Positions 6,486-15,784 of a stretch of 23,928 nt of DNA are shown one piece after another (the first letter of the stretch is position 1; the number at the start of each line of letters is the position of its first letter). A program made the position numbers and the translations under genes. The stretch spans positions 1 to 23,928 of the IMG/VR virus record IMGVR_UViG_2913123054_000001; one strand, written 5' to 3'. This stretch comes from a virus (taxonomy: Duplodnaviria > Heunggongvirae > Uroviricota > Caudoviricetes). The notes below the pieces were generated by a model, which saw only the letters and a list, made by a program, of their open reading frames with translations, was not told the DNA's origin and made no database searches.

Positions 6486-7951
6486 TGGCACGAAACAAAC
6501 AAGCCCTGCGGCGAACTGCGCAGGCCACAGCTGATGGTTATGAGAATTTTATTGCCCGCGTAGGGATGCAGACACCTAACCAGCACTCAGCATCCACCTA
6601 CCGGGCTAATTTCACCAGTCGTAACCGCATGCTGGTGGAATGGTCCTATCGTTCGTCCTGGATCATCGGCGAAGCAGTCGATGCTATCCCGGATGATATG
6701 ACCCGCAAAGGCATTCGCATCACTTCGGAAATTGATGCAAAAGATCGTGGCATTCTCGAATCACAACTGGATGAGTTGCAAATCTGGGATGCGCTGAATG
6801 ACGTGCTGAAATGGTCGCGCCTCTACGGCGGCGCGGTGGGTTTCATCATGATTGAGGGGCAGGCACCAATGACCCCGCTGCGACCCGAAACCATCGGTAA
6901 GGGCAAGTTTAAGGGGATTCTCCCGCTCGACCGCTGGATGATCGACCCGGTACTGACCCGCCGCATTAAAGATATGGGGCCGGACCTGGGTAAACCTGAG
7001 TTTTACGATGTGGTGACCACAGCAACGGGAATTCCTGCCTGGCGCATTCATCACAGTCGACTGATTCGCTTTGATGGCGTCACGCTGCCATTTCAGCAGA
7101 AGATGACCGAGAACGAATGGGGAATGTCGGTTGTAGAGCGTATCTGGGATCGTCTTACCGCGTTCGACAGCGCTACTGTCGGCGCGGCGCAGCTGGTCTA
7201 CAAGGCTCATCTACGTACCTACAGCGTGGAGAAGCTACGTGAGCTTATCGCACTTGGTGGTCCTGCGTATGAAGCGTTGCTGAAGAATATCGACCTGATT
7301 CGACAGTTCCAGAGTAATGAAGGCATGACGCTCATGGACTCGCGGGATAAGTTTGAAACCCATCAGTACAGCTTCAGTGGTCTGGATGACATCCTTTCGC
7401 AGTTTGCAGAACAGATTAGTGGCGCTGTTGGTATCCCACTGGTGAGGTTGTTCGGACAGTCCCCGAAAGGATTTTCTACCGGTGATGCAGACCTTGCCAA
7501 CTATTACGACCGGGTAAGCTCATTGCAGGAGAGGCGTTTACGTCTTCCGGTGCGGCGGATACTGGACATCATGCATCGTTCGGAGCTTGGCAAGCCGCTG
7601 CCGGACGATTTCACGTTTGAGTTTAACCCGCTCTGGCAAATGTCTGATGTCGATCGTTCAACGGTGGCGTTAAATACCACCAACGCAATCAGTACAGCGC
7701 TGGGTGATGGTCTGATGACACTGAAAGCCGCTATGACTGATTTGCGCGAAAATTCTGACGTAACCGGCATCGGGGCATCCATTACCGACGAGGACATAGA
7801 GAATGCCGAAGACGAAGCGCCGCCCGGCATCGGCGAACCTGATGACGAACCGCAGGAACCGTCAGGCGGAAATCCGGTATCGAACCAGCCTACGCAGGAT
7901 AGCGCGGGCGGTCGGGGACATCGTAAATGGTCACTACGATGGTTCAAATGA
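6485..7951 (+). CDS. Portal protein (DUF1073-like)
   Basis: 488 aa immediately after the large terminase, translationally coupled; size and position typical of a portal; acidic C-terminus. Confidence 0.8.
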   Translation: MARNKQALRRTAQATADGYENFIARVGMQTPNQHSASTYRANFTSRNRMLVEWSYRSSWIIGEAVDAIPDDMTRKGIRITSEIDAKDRGILESQLDELQIWDALNDVLKWSRLYGGAVGFIMIEGQAPMTPLRPETIGKGKFKGILPLDRWMIDPVLTRRIKDMGPDLGKPEFYDVVTTATGIPAWRIHHSRLIRFDGVTLPFQQKMTENEWGMSVVERIWDRLTAFDSATVGAAQLVYKAHLRTYSVEKLRELIALGGPAYEALLKNIDLIRQFQSNEGMTLMDSRDKFETHQYSFSGLDDILSQFAEQISGAVGIPLVRLFGQSPKGFSTGDADLANYYDRVSSLQERRLRLPVRRILDIMHRSELGKPLPDDFTFEFNPLWQMSDVDRSTVALNTTNAISTALGDGLMTLKAAMTDLRENSDVTGIGASITDEDIENAEDEAPPGIGEPDDEPQEPSGGNPVSNQPTQDSAGGRGHRKWSLRWFK

Positions 7952-8576
7952 CAGTATCACGGAAATTATTGAGGCGCTGGAACGCTACAGTGAAATCATC
8001 ACCCCCTGGGCGATAAAGGTCGCGGAAAACTTTACCGCCGACATTGTGCGCAAGAATGATGAGCAGTGGCGTAAACACAGCAAAACCATCAGCCGTGAGC
8101 TACGCAATCTGGTAAACAGTGCCCCTCCAGGGCAGGTGATGAAATCCATCGTTGCCGAACAGGTTAAGTACATTAAATCGCTACCCCTCGAGGCGGCTGA
8201 CAGGGTGTACGACATCCAGAATCGGGCGATTGAAGCTGTTGTGACCGGTGGGAGAGCGGAACATTTTGCTAAAGAAATAGCTGCATCGGGTGATATAGCA
8301 AAGTCCAGAGCTGACCTGATTGCCCGTACTGAACTTGGACGTGCAACCGGCGCGCTGGATCAGGCGCGTGCGCTGTCAATTGGTTCGAATGGTTATATCT
8401 GGCGTACAGCCGAAGATGGTGACGTCAGGCATTCTCATCGGGAAATGGAAGGTAAATTTGTCGAATGGGGCAAACCTCCAACGCTTGATGGCATGACAGG
8501 TCACGCTGGCGAGTTCCCGAATTGTCGCTGTTATAAAGAAATCGTTTTTCCCACCTCCCATTCTTATCCCGCCTGA
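7803..8576 (+). CDS. Head morphogenesis protein, phage Mu F-like (minor capsid protein)
   Basis: 257 aa following the portal, with a C-terminal Cys-containing region (GEFPNCRCYKEI). Start at 7803 gives a 149-nt overlap with the portal; ATG at 7842 is an alternative. Confidence 0.7.
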   Translation: MPKTKRRPASANLMTNRRNRQAEIRYRTSLRRIARAVGDIVNGHYDGSNDSITEIIEALERYSEIITPWAIKVAENFTADIVRKNDEQWRKHSKTISRELRNLVNSAPPGQVMKSIVAEQVKYIKSLPLEAADRVYDIQNRAIEAVVTGGRAEHFAKEIAASGDIAKSRADLIARTELGRATGALDQARALSIGSNGYIWRTAEDGDVRHSHREMEGKFVEWGKPPTLDGMTGHAGEFPNCRCYKEIVFPTSHSYPA

Positions 8577-8590
8577 ATCGCAGGTAACAC

Positions 8591-9811
8591 ATGAAATATT
8601 TTTTCAATACCCGGCTGGGGGAAACCCGCTATCAGCTGGCTGACGGCTCGTTGCTGTGCAAAGACGTGCCGATAGGACGAACAGGTAAGCAGCTCTATGG
8701 TGCTGATGACCTGCCAAAACTGAAACCCGATAAGTTCGGTGAAATAGTCGTCACGCGTTCTCCTGAGCAGGTATTCCATCCCGCCACGCTTGCCTCATTC
8801 GAAGGAATGAGTATCACGGTGTTGCATCCCGAGGATGAAAACGGGGATGTGCGGCTGGTGAATCCAGAGAACTGGAAAGAGCTTGCTGTCGGGCACCTCC
8901 AGAATGTCCGGCGCGGGACGGGTGGGCAGTCTGATTTGATGCTGGCTGACCTTATCGTCAAAGACGAAAGCGCCATTCAGCTTATCGAAGATGGCCTGCG
9001 TGAAGTGTCGTGCGGCTATGACGCGGAGTATGAGCAGACCGAGCCAGGTAAAGCCGAGCAGGTCGATATTACCGGAAACCATGTGGCTCTTGTCCCTAAA
9101 GGCAGAGCCGGAAATCGTTGTGCAATTGGAGACAGAGACACAATGGCAAATCAAAAGAAAAGCTGGTGGACCCGCATGCGCACGGCCATCAAAACGGGTG
9201 ACGCTGACACCATGAACGAACTGGTGGAGTCGGCTCCCGCATCGGTTACAGGAGATGAGGGGGATTTGCCGCAGGGCGTTAATCTCAACATCAACCTGTC
9301 CCCGCAGCAACCGCTACCGGACAAAGCACCAGAGATGGGCGGAGGTCCAACCGGCGACAGTGATGATGACCTCAAAACATTACTGAAAGCCCTGCTGGCT
9401 AAGCTGGAAGGAAATGCCACGGGCGATAACGATAATAAGCCTGACGATAATCCGACCGGTGACGGCGAGGACGATGAAGAGGAAACCACGATTACTGGTG
9501 ACTCAGCCTGGCGTGCCGAAGTTATCGTTCCGGGTATCGATCTGAGCCGTAAGATGAAACCGACCGAGTTCAAACGCGAGGTTCTGGCTTCCGCAGATAA
9601 AACGCTGGTTCGCCAGATCGTCGGTGATGCAGATATCCGCAAATTGCCGAAACAATCGGTCGACATGGCGTTTAATGCCGTGTCTGAGATTGCCAAAGGG
9701 CGAAACACCCGCGCCACCACCGGCGATGCACAGCGCCTAAACATGGGCATGACCAGTATCGCTTCCCTGAACAAACAAAACGCTGAATTCTGGGCAAACC
9801 GTAAAGGGTAA
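8591..9811 (+). CDS. DUF2213-like head protein, putative scaffold (possibly scaffold/protease)
   Basis: 406 aa between the Mu F-like and capsid genes; contains a strongly acidic, repetitive low-complexity segment (TGDSDDD...TGDNDNKPDDNPTGDGEDDEEE) typical of scaffolding proteins. Confidence 0.65.
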   Translation: MKYFFNTRLGETRYQLADGSLLCKDVPIGRTGKQLYGADDLPKLKPDKFGEIVVTRSPEQVFHPATLASFEGMSITVLHPEDENGDVRLVNPENWKELAVGHLQNVRRGTGGQSDLMLADLIVKDESAIQLIEDGLREVSCGYDAEYEQTEPGKAEQVDITGNHVALVPKGRAGNRCAIGDRDTMANQKKSWWTRMRTAIKTGDADTMNELVESAPASVTGDEGDLPQGVNLNINLSPQQPLPDKAPEMGGGPTGDSDDDLKTLLKALLAKLEGNATGDNDNKPDDNPTGDGEDDEEETTITGDSAWRAEVIVPGIDLSRKMKPTEFKREVLASADKTLVRQIVGDADIRKLPKQSVDMAFNAVSEIAKGRNTRATTGDAQRLNMGMTSIASLNKQNAEFWANRKG

Positions 9812-9814
9812 AAA

Positions 9815-10321
9815 ATGAATAATGTATTTCTGTACCGGATGCCTGTTGGCATTGCCGGGGCTGTCTCTCGCCCGCAGGACTTAACCGTCGAACCGGTGGT
9901 CCTTAAATCCGATAACGCCTTCGCTGCCTATGGCCTGGCTGGTAAATACGATGATGACGGTTTTTTCGTGCCGCTGGCAGATGGTGATACCGCAGACAAG
10001 GTGAAGGGGATCTACGTGCGCCCTTATCCGACCACGTCGCAGCCGGACATGGTTCGCCAGGTGGGAACAGGCAAGAACTTCCCGGGCGACGCCATGAAGC
10101 GTGGCTACGTGACTGTTAATCTCGGTTCTGATTTTGATGCCAGCACCATCAAAAAAGGCGACCCGGTATACGTTGTCGTCTCCACTGATGAATCCATCAA
10201 AGTGCCGCTGGGTGGATTCATGTCCACGTCAGTCAGTGGCAAAAATGTGGTGCTGACCAACGCTGAATTCACAGGTGCCGGTGATGCTGACGGCAATGCA
10301 GAAATTTCCTGGAAGATTTAA
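9815..10321 (+). CDS. Head structural protein (DUF2190-like; possible decoration/cement protein)
   Basis: 168-aa ORF immediately upstream of the major capsid gene, translationally coupled; sequence suggests a beta-rich fold. Confidence 0.55.
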   Translation: MNNVFLYRMPVGIAGAVSRPQDLTVEPVVLKSDNAFAAYGLAGKYDDDGFFVPLADGDTADKVKGIYVRPYPTTSQPDMVRQVGTGKNFPGDAMKRGYVTVNLGSDFDASTIKKGDPVYVVVSTDESIKVPLGGFMSTSVSGKNVVLTNAEFTGAGDADGNAEISWKI

Positions 10322-10332
10322 GGAACAGACGA

Positions 10333-11274
10333 ATGATTACTTTTGATCAGGCAACCGTTGACAGCTCTGGTGCCTTTCTCATCGGGGAGCTGGAGCGACT
10401 CGACCAGACGCTGAACCTGCCACTGGTGGGGTACACCTGGACCCGCGATATTCAACTGCGTGAAGATGTCTCTATCGCAGATGACATTTCCAGCTGGACG
10501 AATACCAGCTTCGCCGCTGCGGGTACTGGTGCAAATCCGAATGGCAAAAACTGGGTAGGCAAAGACTCAACCGCTATTGCTGGCGTGAACGTGGATATCG
10601 GCAAATCCGGTAACCCGCTGAACCTGTGGGGGATGGAACTTGGCTGGACGGTCATAGAATTGCAGGCTGCTCAGCAGGTCGGCCGCCCGATTGATACGCA
10701 GAAGTATGACGGGATGCAACTGAAATGGCAGATGGATAACGATGAACAGGTATATGTTGGCGATTCCGCATTAAACCTGAAAGGTCTTGTTACCCTGGAC
10801 GGCGTGCCTGTCAACAACGCTGCCAAAACGTGGGCAACTTCAACACCGGACGAAATCCGCGCAAGCATTAACCAGGTGCTGTCTGATGCGTGGGCCGCTT
10901 CCGGTTACTCTGTGGTTCCGCGTGATTTGCTGATCCCGCCTGAGCAGTTTGCTCTGTTGTCCAGCATCATCGTTTCATCTGCGGGTAACCAGTCCCTGTT
11001 GACGTATCTTCAGACCAACACCATCAGCTATCACCAGAACGGTGTTCCGCTGAATATCCGCGCGGTTAAATGGCTGAAAGGCCGTGGTGTGGGGAAAAAG
11101 GATCGCATGGTTGCGTACACCAACGATAAAAAATACGTCCGCTACCCGCTGGTTCCGCTTCAGAGCGTGCCGGTGCAGTATCGCGGTCTGTATCAGATCG
11201 TCACTTACTACGGCAAGCTGGGTGCGGTTGAGCCAGTGTATAAAGAAACTCTGTCCTATGTGGACGGTATCTGA
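10333..11274 (+). CDS. Major capsid protein (DUF2184-like)
   Basis: 313-aa ORF in the canonical capsid position with GGAACAG RBS; followed by a stable hairpin, as often seen after highly expressed capsid genes. Confidence 0.75.
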   Translation: MITFDQATVDSSGAFLIGELERLDQTLNLPLVGYTWTRDIQLREDVSIADDISSWTNTSFAAAGTGANPNGKNWVGKDSTAIAGVNVDIGKSGNPLNLWGMELGWTVIELQAAQQVGRPIDTQKYDGMQLKWQMDNDEQVYVGDSALNLKGLVTLDGVPVNNAAKTWATSTPDEIRASINQVLSDAWAASGYSVVPRDLLIPPEQFALLSSIIVSSAGNQSLLTYLQTNTISYHQNGVPLNIRAVKWLKGRGVGKKDRMVAYTNDKKYVRYPLVPLQSVPVQYRGLYQIVTYYGKLGAVEPVYKETLSYVDGI

Positions 11275-11284
11275 TAACCAGAAT

Positions 11285-11300
11285 GGCCCCGAAAGGGGCC
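11285..11300 (+). other. Stable stem-loop GGCCCC-GAAA-GGGGCC (GNRA tetraloop) without T-tract, immediately 3' of the major capsid gene
   Basis: Perfect 6-bp GC stem with GAAA loop at 11285-11300; no U-tract, so more likely an RNA stability/processing element or partial attenuator than a full terminator. Confidence 0.6.
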
Positions 11301-11324
11301 TGAAGGAAACTGAAGGAAACTGAA
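11301..11324 (+). repeat. Tandem direct repeat (CTGAAGGAAA x2 plus partial CTGAA) containing the RBS of the downstream gene
   Basis: tgaaggaaac tgaaggaaac tgaa directly upstream of ATG 11325; duplicates the AGGAAA Shine-Dalgarno-like element. Confidence 0.7.
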
Positions 11325-11693
11325 ATGGCGAAAGAAAAGCTGGTTACCATCCATGTTCACACCCCGTTTACGCTGACGCTCGGCGATCAGTCAAAACAGG
11401 AGTTTGGCCGGGGACGACATAACGTACCGGAAGAAGTCGCGTCGCACTGGTTCACCCAGGCGCACTCTGAGCTTTCCGAAAGCGTGATTAGCGACACCGA
11501 TGATCTGCAACCCATTATCGACGGCCTGCAAGCGCAGATTGCCGACAAAGATAAGCTGATTGCCGATCTGAAAGATGCATTGCTCAAACTGCAGGAGCAG
11601 AACGACAGCCTGCAGGCGCAAATTACTGCCGCCCGGGCTGGCGGTAATGGGGCTAAAGATGTCAAAGAATCAAAGTCTGCCAGCGGTAAGTGA
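11325..11693 (+). CDS. Hypothetical head-associated protein with C-terminal coiled-coil (122 aa)
   Basis: ORF with duplicated RBS; C-terminal heptad-like segment [33 protein letters not shown]; lies between capsid and neck genes. Confidence 0.6.
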   Translation: MAKEKLVTIHVHTPFTLTLGDQSKQEFGRGRHNVPEEVASHWFTQAHSELSESVISDTDDLQPIIDGLQAQIADKDKLIADLKDALLKLQEQNDSLQAQITAARAGGNGAKDVKESKSASGK

Positions 11694-12066
11694 TTTTCGA
11701 CGCGACTTCCCGCAGTTTGCTGACCCGGCAAAATATCCCGACGCCCAAATCGGGTTCCGTCTGAATCTGGCCGATGAACTGCTGACCGAAAACGTCACCG
11801 GCAAAAAGTTGTTTCCGTACTTTGCCGGGTTGTTCGTTGCGCACTACATGACGCTCTGGGCGGCAGACAGCAGAGCGATGCTGGCTGGTGGTCCGGGCGG
11901 TTCAACCAATGGTGTTCAGTCCTCAAAGTCCGTTGACAAGGTAAGCGTCAGCTATGACACCAGCGCGACGCTGAATCCTGATGCAGGTTTCTGGAATAAC
12001 ACCCGATATGGCGCTGAATTTTATCAGTTGATCACGATGTTCGGTGCAGGTGGTCGCCAGCTATGA
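11659..12066 (+). CDS. Head-tail connector/adaptor-like protein (DUF4054-like)
   Basis: About 135 aa from ATG 11659 (in-frame ATG at 11647 also possible); overlaps the upstream gene end; position consistent with a neck protein. Confidence 0.6.
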   Translation: MSKNQSLPAVSDFRRDFPQFADPAKYPDAQIGFRLNLADELLTENVTGKKLFPYFAGLFVAHYMTLWAADSRAMLAGGPGGSTNGVQSSKSVDKVSVSYDTSATLNPDAGFWNNTRYGAEFYQLITMFGAGGRQL

Positions 12067-12617
12067 GTTTCAAAAGCGGTGTAACAACGAGGGTGGATAA
12101 CGCTAAGGCCATTCTGGATGCGCTCAGGTCGTTAACCAAAAAAGATGTGCTGGTCGGCATCCCTTCGGAAGACAGCGGGCGGGATGATGTTCCGTTTGGT
12201 AATGCGGGCATCGGTTACCTCAACGAATACGGCTCACCAGAGCAGAACATCCCGCCACGACCTCACCTGGTCCCCGGCGTTAAATCGGCAGAAGAGCAGA
12301 CGGTGCCGCAGCTCAAAGCCGCGGCGCAGGCTGCTCTTGATGGTAATGCTGCGGGAGCAGAACGCGCACTCAACCGTGCCGGAACGCTGGCCGCTAATGG
12401 CGTCAGGCGTTACATGACCATTACCGGCTTTACGCCGCTTGCTGACAGCACTGTTGAAGCCCGGGCTCGTCGGGGGCGCAAGGGGGCAACACTGGAACTT
12501 GCCCGGCGTGTTGCTGGCGAATCTCCCGGAACCGATCTGGCGAAACCATTAATTGACACCGGGCAATATCGCAGAGCGATTACCCATGTTGTGAGGGATA
12601 AAGATGCCGACTCTTGA
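12063..12617 (+). CDS. Neck / head-completion protein (gp10-like virion morphogenesis protein)
   Basis: 184-aa ORF, ATGA-coupled to the upstream gene; located between capsid and sheath genes. Confidence 0.55.
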   Translation: MSFKSGVTTRVDNAKAILDALRSLTKKDVLVGIPSEDSGRDDVPFGNAGIGYLNEYGSPEQNIPPRPHLVPGVKSAEEQTVPQLKAAAQAALDGNAAGAERALNRAGTLAANGVRRYMTITGFTPLADSTVEARARRGRKGATLELARRVAGESPGTDLAKPLIDTGQYRRAITHVVRDKDADS

Positions 12618-12993
12618 TGTAACAGATGTGCTTTTTGACCCCGATTTTTGCGACTTCAATTTGTGGGTAACACGCCGAGTGCAAACGGTGGATGAGGACG
12701 GGATCGGCAGCGACAGCGAAGTTAAAAAGCAGTTTGCCGGAGTCGTTACTGTTGATCGCTCTCTGGAAAACCGTCGTATGCAGGCCGGGCAGGTAATCAG
12801 TGGTGCAATTCTGATTATGACGACTGAGCGACTGACGCAGGGACAGACTGGCCGTGATGCCGATATCGTGACGTATCAGGGCCGTGATTATCGTGTGACC
12901 TTCGTCGACCCGTATACAGCTTATGGGGCCGGATTCGTTCAGGCGCATTGTGAGTTGATGCCGTTTGATGGGGGAACTCCGCTTGAGCAATAA
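12604..12993 (+). CDS. Neck / tail-completion protein (129 aa)
   Basis: ORF overlapping its upstream neighbour by 14 nt; position in the neck module. Confidence 0.55.
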   Translation: MPTLDVTDVLFDPDFCDFNLWVTRRVQTVDEDGIGSDSEVKKQFAGVVTVDRSLENRRMQAGQVISGAILIMTTERLTQGQTGRDADIVTYQGRDYRVTFVDPYTAYGAGFVQAHCELMPFDGGTPLEQ

Positions 12994-13531
12994 CACCAGT
13001 ACAGAGCGCGGATGGTTAATACCAACCAGTGGCGATCCGGATTATGACGAAGCGCTCGACAGGCTGTTAAGCCAGTGGATGCGTAACGTTTCCGGTCTGT
13101 CTGCCGGGATGGTTCGCCCGCGCTGGCAGAAAGAGCAGCCGCCACTGCTACCGGTTGAAACGAACTGGTGTGCGTTTGGGGTTATCGGATGGTCAGGTGA
13201 TGACAGTCCGGCATTCACCAGACAGACCGATGATGGCTCTCAGCTCTGGCGGCATGAAACGATTGAGTGTATGGCTTCGTTTTATGGACCGGCGGGGATA
13301 GTGTATGCGTCCCGGTTTCGTGACGGTATATCTGTGCCGCAGAATAATGCAGCACTGAATGCGCTGGGACTGTCTCTTGGCGATTACACAGGTCTGACTC
13401 CCTTCCCTGAACTTATTAATCAGCAATGGGTCCGCCGCTACGATATGACGGTGCGCCTGCGCCGGAAGGTTGTGCGCGAGTACGGTATTAAATCGCTGGT
13501 GGAAGCACCAGTCATCTTTTTCGGAGATTAA
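12965..13531 (+). CDS. Neck / tail terminator-like protein (188 aa)
   Basis: ORF overlapping the upstream gene; immediately precedes the sheath gene. Start not certain. Confidence 0.5.
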   Translation: MMGELRLSNNTSTERGWLIPTSGDPDYDEALDRLLSQWMRNVSGLSAGMVRPRWQKEQPPLLPVETNWCAFGVIGWSGDDSPAFTRQTDDGSQLWRHETIECMASFYGPAGIVYASRFRDGISVPQNNAALNALGLSLGDYTGLTPFPELINQQWVRRYDMTVRLRRKVVREYGIKSLVEAPVIFFGD

Positions 13532-13534
13532 GCT

Positions 13535-14680
13535 ATGGCACAGGGCTTGCCTGTATCAAACGTTGTTAATGTTGATGTGATCATGTCGCCGCGTGCAGCA
13601 TCAGGGCGAAATTTTGGTGCATTACTCATTCTCGGCCCGTCCACAATCATTCCGGTAAGTGAGCGCATTCGTCGTTATTCTGCCGCGGAAGATATTGGAA
13701 AAGATTTTGGCGTGGAATCACCAGAATATAAAGCTGCGCAGGTGTTTTTCTCACAATCACCGAAACCTCAGGAGGTTTTTGTTGGTCGTTGGGTGAAAAC
13801 GAAGGGAGACAGCGAACAGGCCACGCCTGAGACGCTGGAGCAGGCTGTGAATGCCATGCTTGATTATACTTCATGGTATGGGCTGGGGATTGCAGACGAT
13901 GAAGATATTCCGGATGCAGACTGGCTGAAAGTGGCTGCGGCGATCGAATCCTCTTCTGTAAGCCGTATTCTGGCGATTACGACAAGCGATGATAAATGCC
14001 TGCAGACTGCATCCAGCGATGATTTGGCATCAAAACTGAAAAATGCCGGATATTCACGCAGTTTTATTCAGTATTCATCGGGTAATAAATACGCTGCGTT
14101 ATCTGCATTTGGCCGGGCATTCACGGTTAATTTCAATGGCAGTAATACCGCGATTACGCTCAAGTTTAAGCAGGAGCCGGGTGTCGGGTATGAAACACTG
14201 ACAGTCAGCCAGGCATCGGCACTTGATGCAAAAAACTGCAATGTATTCGTGTACTACCAGAATGATACGGCTATCCTCCAGCAGGGAGTGATGGCTAACG
14301 GCGATTTCTTTGATGAACGCCACGGCCTGGACTGGTTACAGAATTATGTGCAGACCAACCTCTATAACCTGCTTTATACCAGCACCACGAAAGTTCCCCA
14401 GACTGAAGCCGGTATTACCCGACTGTTATCAAATGTTGAAAAATCACTGGATCAGGCCGTTCAGAATGGACTGATTGCTCCGGGCGTATGGAACGGGGGC
14501 GACCTTGGTCAGTTGTCATCAGGTGACACACTGCCCAAAGGTTATTACGTATACGCCCAGCCGCTGGATGAACAGGCACAATCAGAACGTGAAGCCCGTA
14601 AGGCTCCGGTGATTCAGGCTGCAATAAAACTTGCAGGCGCGGTTCATTACGCTGACGTACAGATTAACGTTGTTCGCTAA
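13535..14680 (+). CDS. Tail sheath protein (DUF3383-like)
   Basis: 381-aa ORF directly upstream of the tube and chaperone/tape measure genes; size and position typical of a contractile sheath. Confidence 0.75.
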   Translation: MAQGLPVSNVVNVDVIMSPRAASGRNFGALLILGPSTIIPVSERIRRYSAAEDIGKDFGVESPEYKAAQVFFSQSPKPQEVFVGRWVKTKGDSEQATPETLEQAVNAMLDYTSWYGLGIADDEDIPDADWLKVAAAIESSSVSRILAITTSDDKCLQTASSDDLASKLKNAGYSRSFIQYSSGNKYAALSAFGRAFTVNFNGSNTAITLKFKQEPGVGYETLTVSQASALDAKNCNVFVYYQNDTAILQQGVMANGDFFDERHGLDWLQNYVQTNLYNLLYTSTTKVPQTEAGITRLLSNVEKSLDQAVQNGLIAPGVWNGGDLGQLSSGDTLPKGYYVYAQPLDEQAQSEREARKAPVIQAAIKLAGAVHYADVQINVVR

Positions 14681-14690
14681 GGGGAAGTGA

Positions 14691-15131
14691 ATGTCTACCT
14701 ATTCTTTTATGGATGTCACTGCGACGCTGACCGGGCCGACCGGTTCGATTGACCTCGGGTACGGTTCTGCAAGTTCTGAAGAGGGGATTGTGGTTGCGAT
14801 GGGCGGTCCTAAAAACACCATGACCATCGGTGCTGATGGTGAAGTAATGCACAGTCTCCATGCAGATAAAAGCGGGACGATTACCGTTAACCTTCTGAAG
14901 ACATCACCGACAAATAAAAAATTGTCGCTGGCGTATAACGCACAGAGCCAGTCTTCTGCCACATGGGGGAATAACGTTATCGTGATTCGCAACAAGGTCA
15001 GCGGCGACATCATCACGGCACGCAGTGTTGCGTTCCAGAAACAACCGGATAACGCCAACGCTAAAACCGGTAATACGATGCCGTGGGTGTTTGACTGCGG
15101 CAAGATTGACCAGGTTCTCGGGGAGTTTTAA
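14691..15131 (+). CDS. Tail tube protein (DUF3277-like)
   Basis: 146-aa ORF between sheath and tail chaperone; GGGGAAG RBS. Confidence 0.75.
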   Translation: MSTYSFMDVTATLTGPTGSIDLGYGSASSEEGIVVAMGGPKNTMTIGADGEVMHSLHADKSGTITVNLLKTSPTNKKLSLAYNAQSQSSATWGNNVIVIRNKVSGDIITARSVAFQKQPDNANAKTGNTMPWVFDCGKIDQVLGEF

Positions 15132-15134
15132 TAC

Positions 15135-15587
15135 ATGGAATTCGAAATTAAAGGCGTGAAATATCGCGCGGCAAAACTCAGCGTTTTTGACCAGCTGAAA
15201 GTGACCCGCAAACTTCTGCCGGTACTGGCGGGAATGATGTCAGATTTCGGGAGTATTCGCTCCCGTTTGCCTGCTGATGGCAAAATCGACACCGTGAAAT
15301 TCGAGCAGTTAAAACCGGTGTTTGAAACCATGCTCCCGCGTATCGCTGAGGAACTGTCTTCCCTGACCGAAGATGACACCGATGCGATTATTCATCCCTG
15401 TCTTGCGGTGGTGTCGCGGCGTCATATGGACGGATGGGTGCCGGTATTTAGCCAGGGCGAACTGATGTTTGATGATATTGACCTGCTGGTCATGCTGCAG
15501 ATGGTGGCGCGGGTGGTCGCCGATTCGCTGGGAAATTTTTTGCAAGGACTCCCTATCAAAGAGACGCCCATCCCGCCAGCGGAATAA
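15135..15587 (+). CDS. Tail assembly chaperone (short, in-frame product)
   Basis: 150-aa ORF immediately upstream of the tape measure; contains slippery heptamer T_TTT_TTG and an open -1 frame extending to 15784. Confidence 0.75.
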   Translation: MEFEIKGVKYRAAKLSVFDQLKVTRKLLPVLAGMMSDFGSIRSRLPADGKIDTVKFEQLKPVFETMLPRIAEELSSLTEDDTDAIIHPCLAVVSRRHMDGWVPVFSQGELMFDDIDLLVMLQMVARVVADSLGNFLQGLPIKETPIPPAE

Positions 15588-15784
15588 CCTTCAATAGCCT
15601 GCCGGGTGGTGAAGATTTTATTCTTCGTCCGGCGCTTGCCTTCCATATTGACCAGAAAGATCTTAACAGTGGTGCGGTAGATCTCTGTCGCATCGCGCTT
15701 CTTAATGACTACCTTGATATGTGCGAGGACAACGATGTCCGGGTAGAAAAATGGAGAGAGGATAATGAACGCCGAGACTATTAA
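15135..15784 (+). CDS. Tail assembly chaperone, predicted -1 frameshift-extended isoform (about 216 aa)
   Basis: Joining frame 0 (15135-15542) to the -1 frame (to stop at 15782-15784) gives an extension with no stop codons; mirrors the G/GT arrangement upstream of tape measure genes. Confidence 0.5.
15536..15542 (+). promoter_or_regulatory. Candidate -1 programmed ribosomal frameshift site (slippery heptamer T_TTT_TTG)
   Basis: Zero-frame codons AAT TTT TTG; the -1 frame is open from 15452 to a TAA at 15782-15784, overlapping the tape measure start. Confidence 0.55.

Noticed and set aside
9151-9852. 233-aa ORF on the minus strand
   Set aside because: Lies entirely antisense to the DUF2213-like head gene and the start of the next gene; its Ser/Pro-rich low-complexity translation is the mirror of the acidic repeat on the + strand; no RBS context.
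14699-15103. 134-aa minus-strand ORF
   Set aside because: Antisense to the tail tube gene, which is translationally coupled to sheath and chaperone; no signal of an independent gene.
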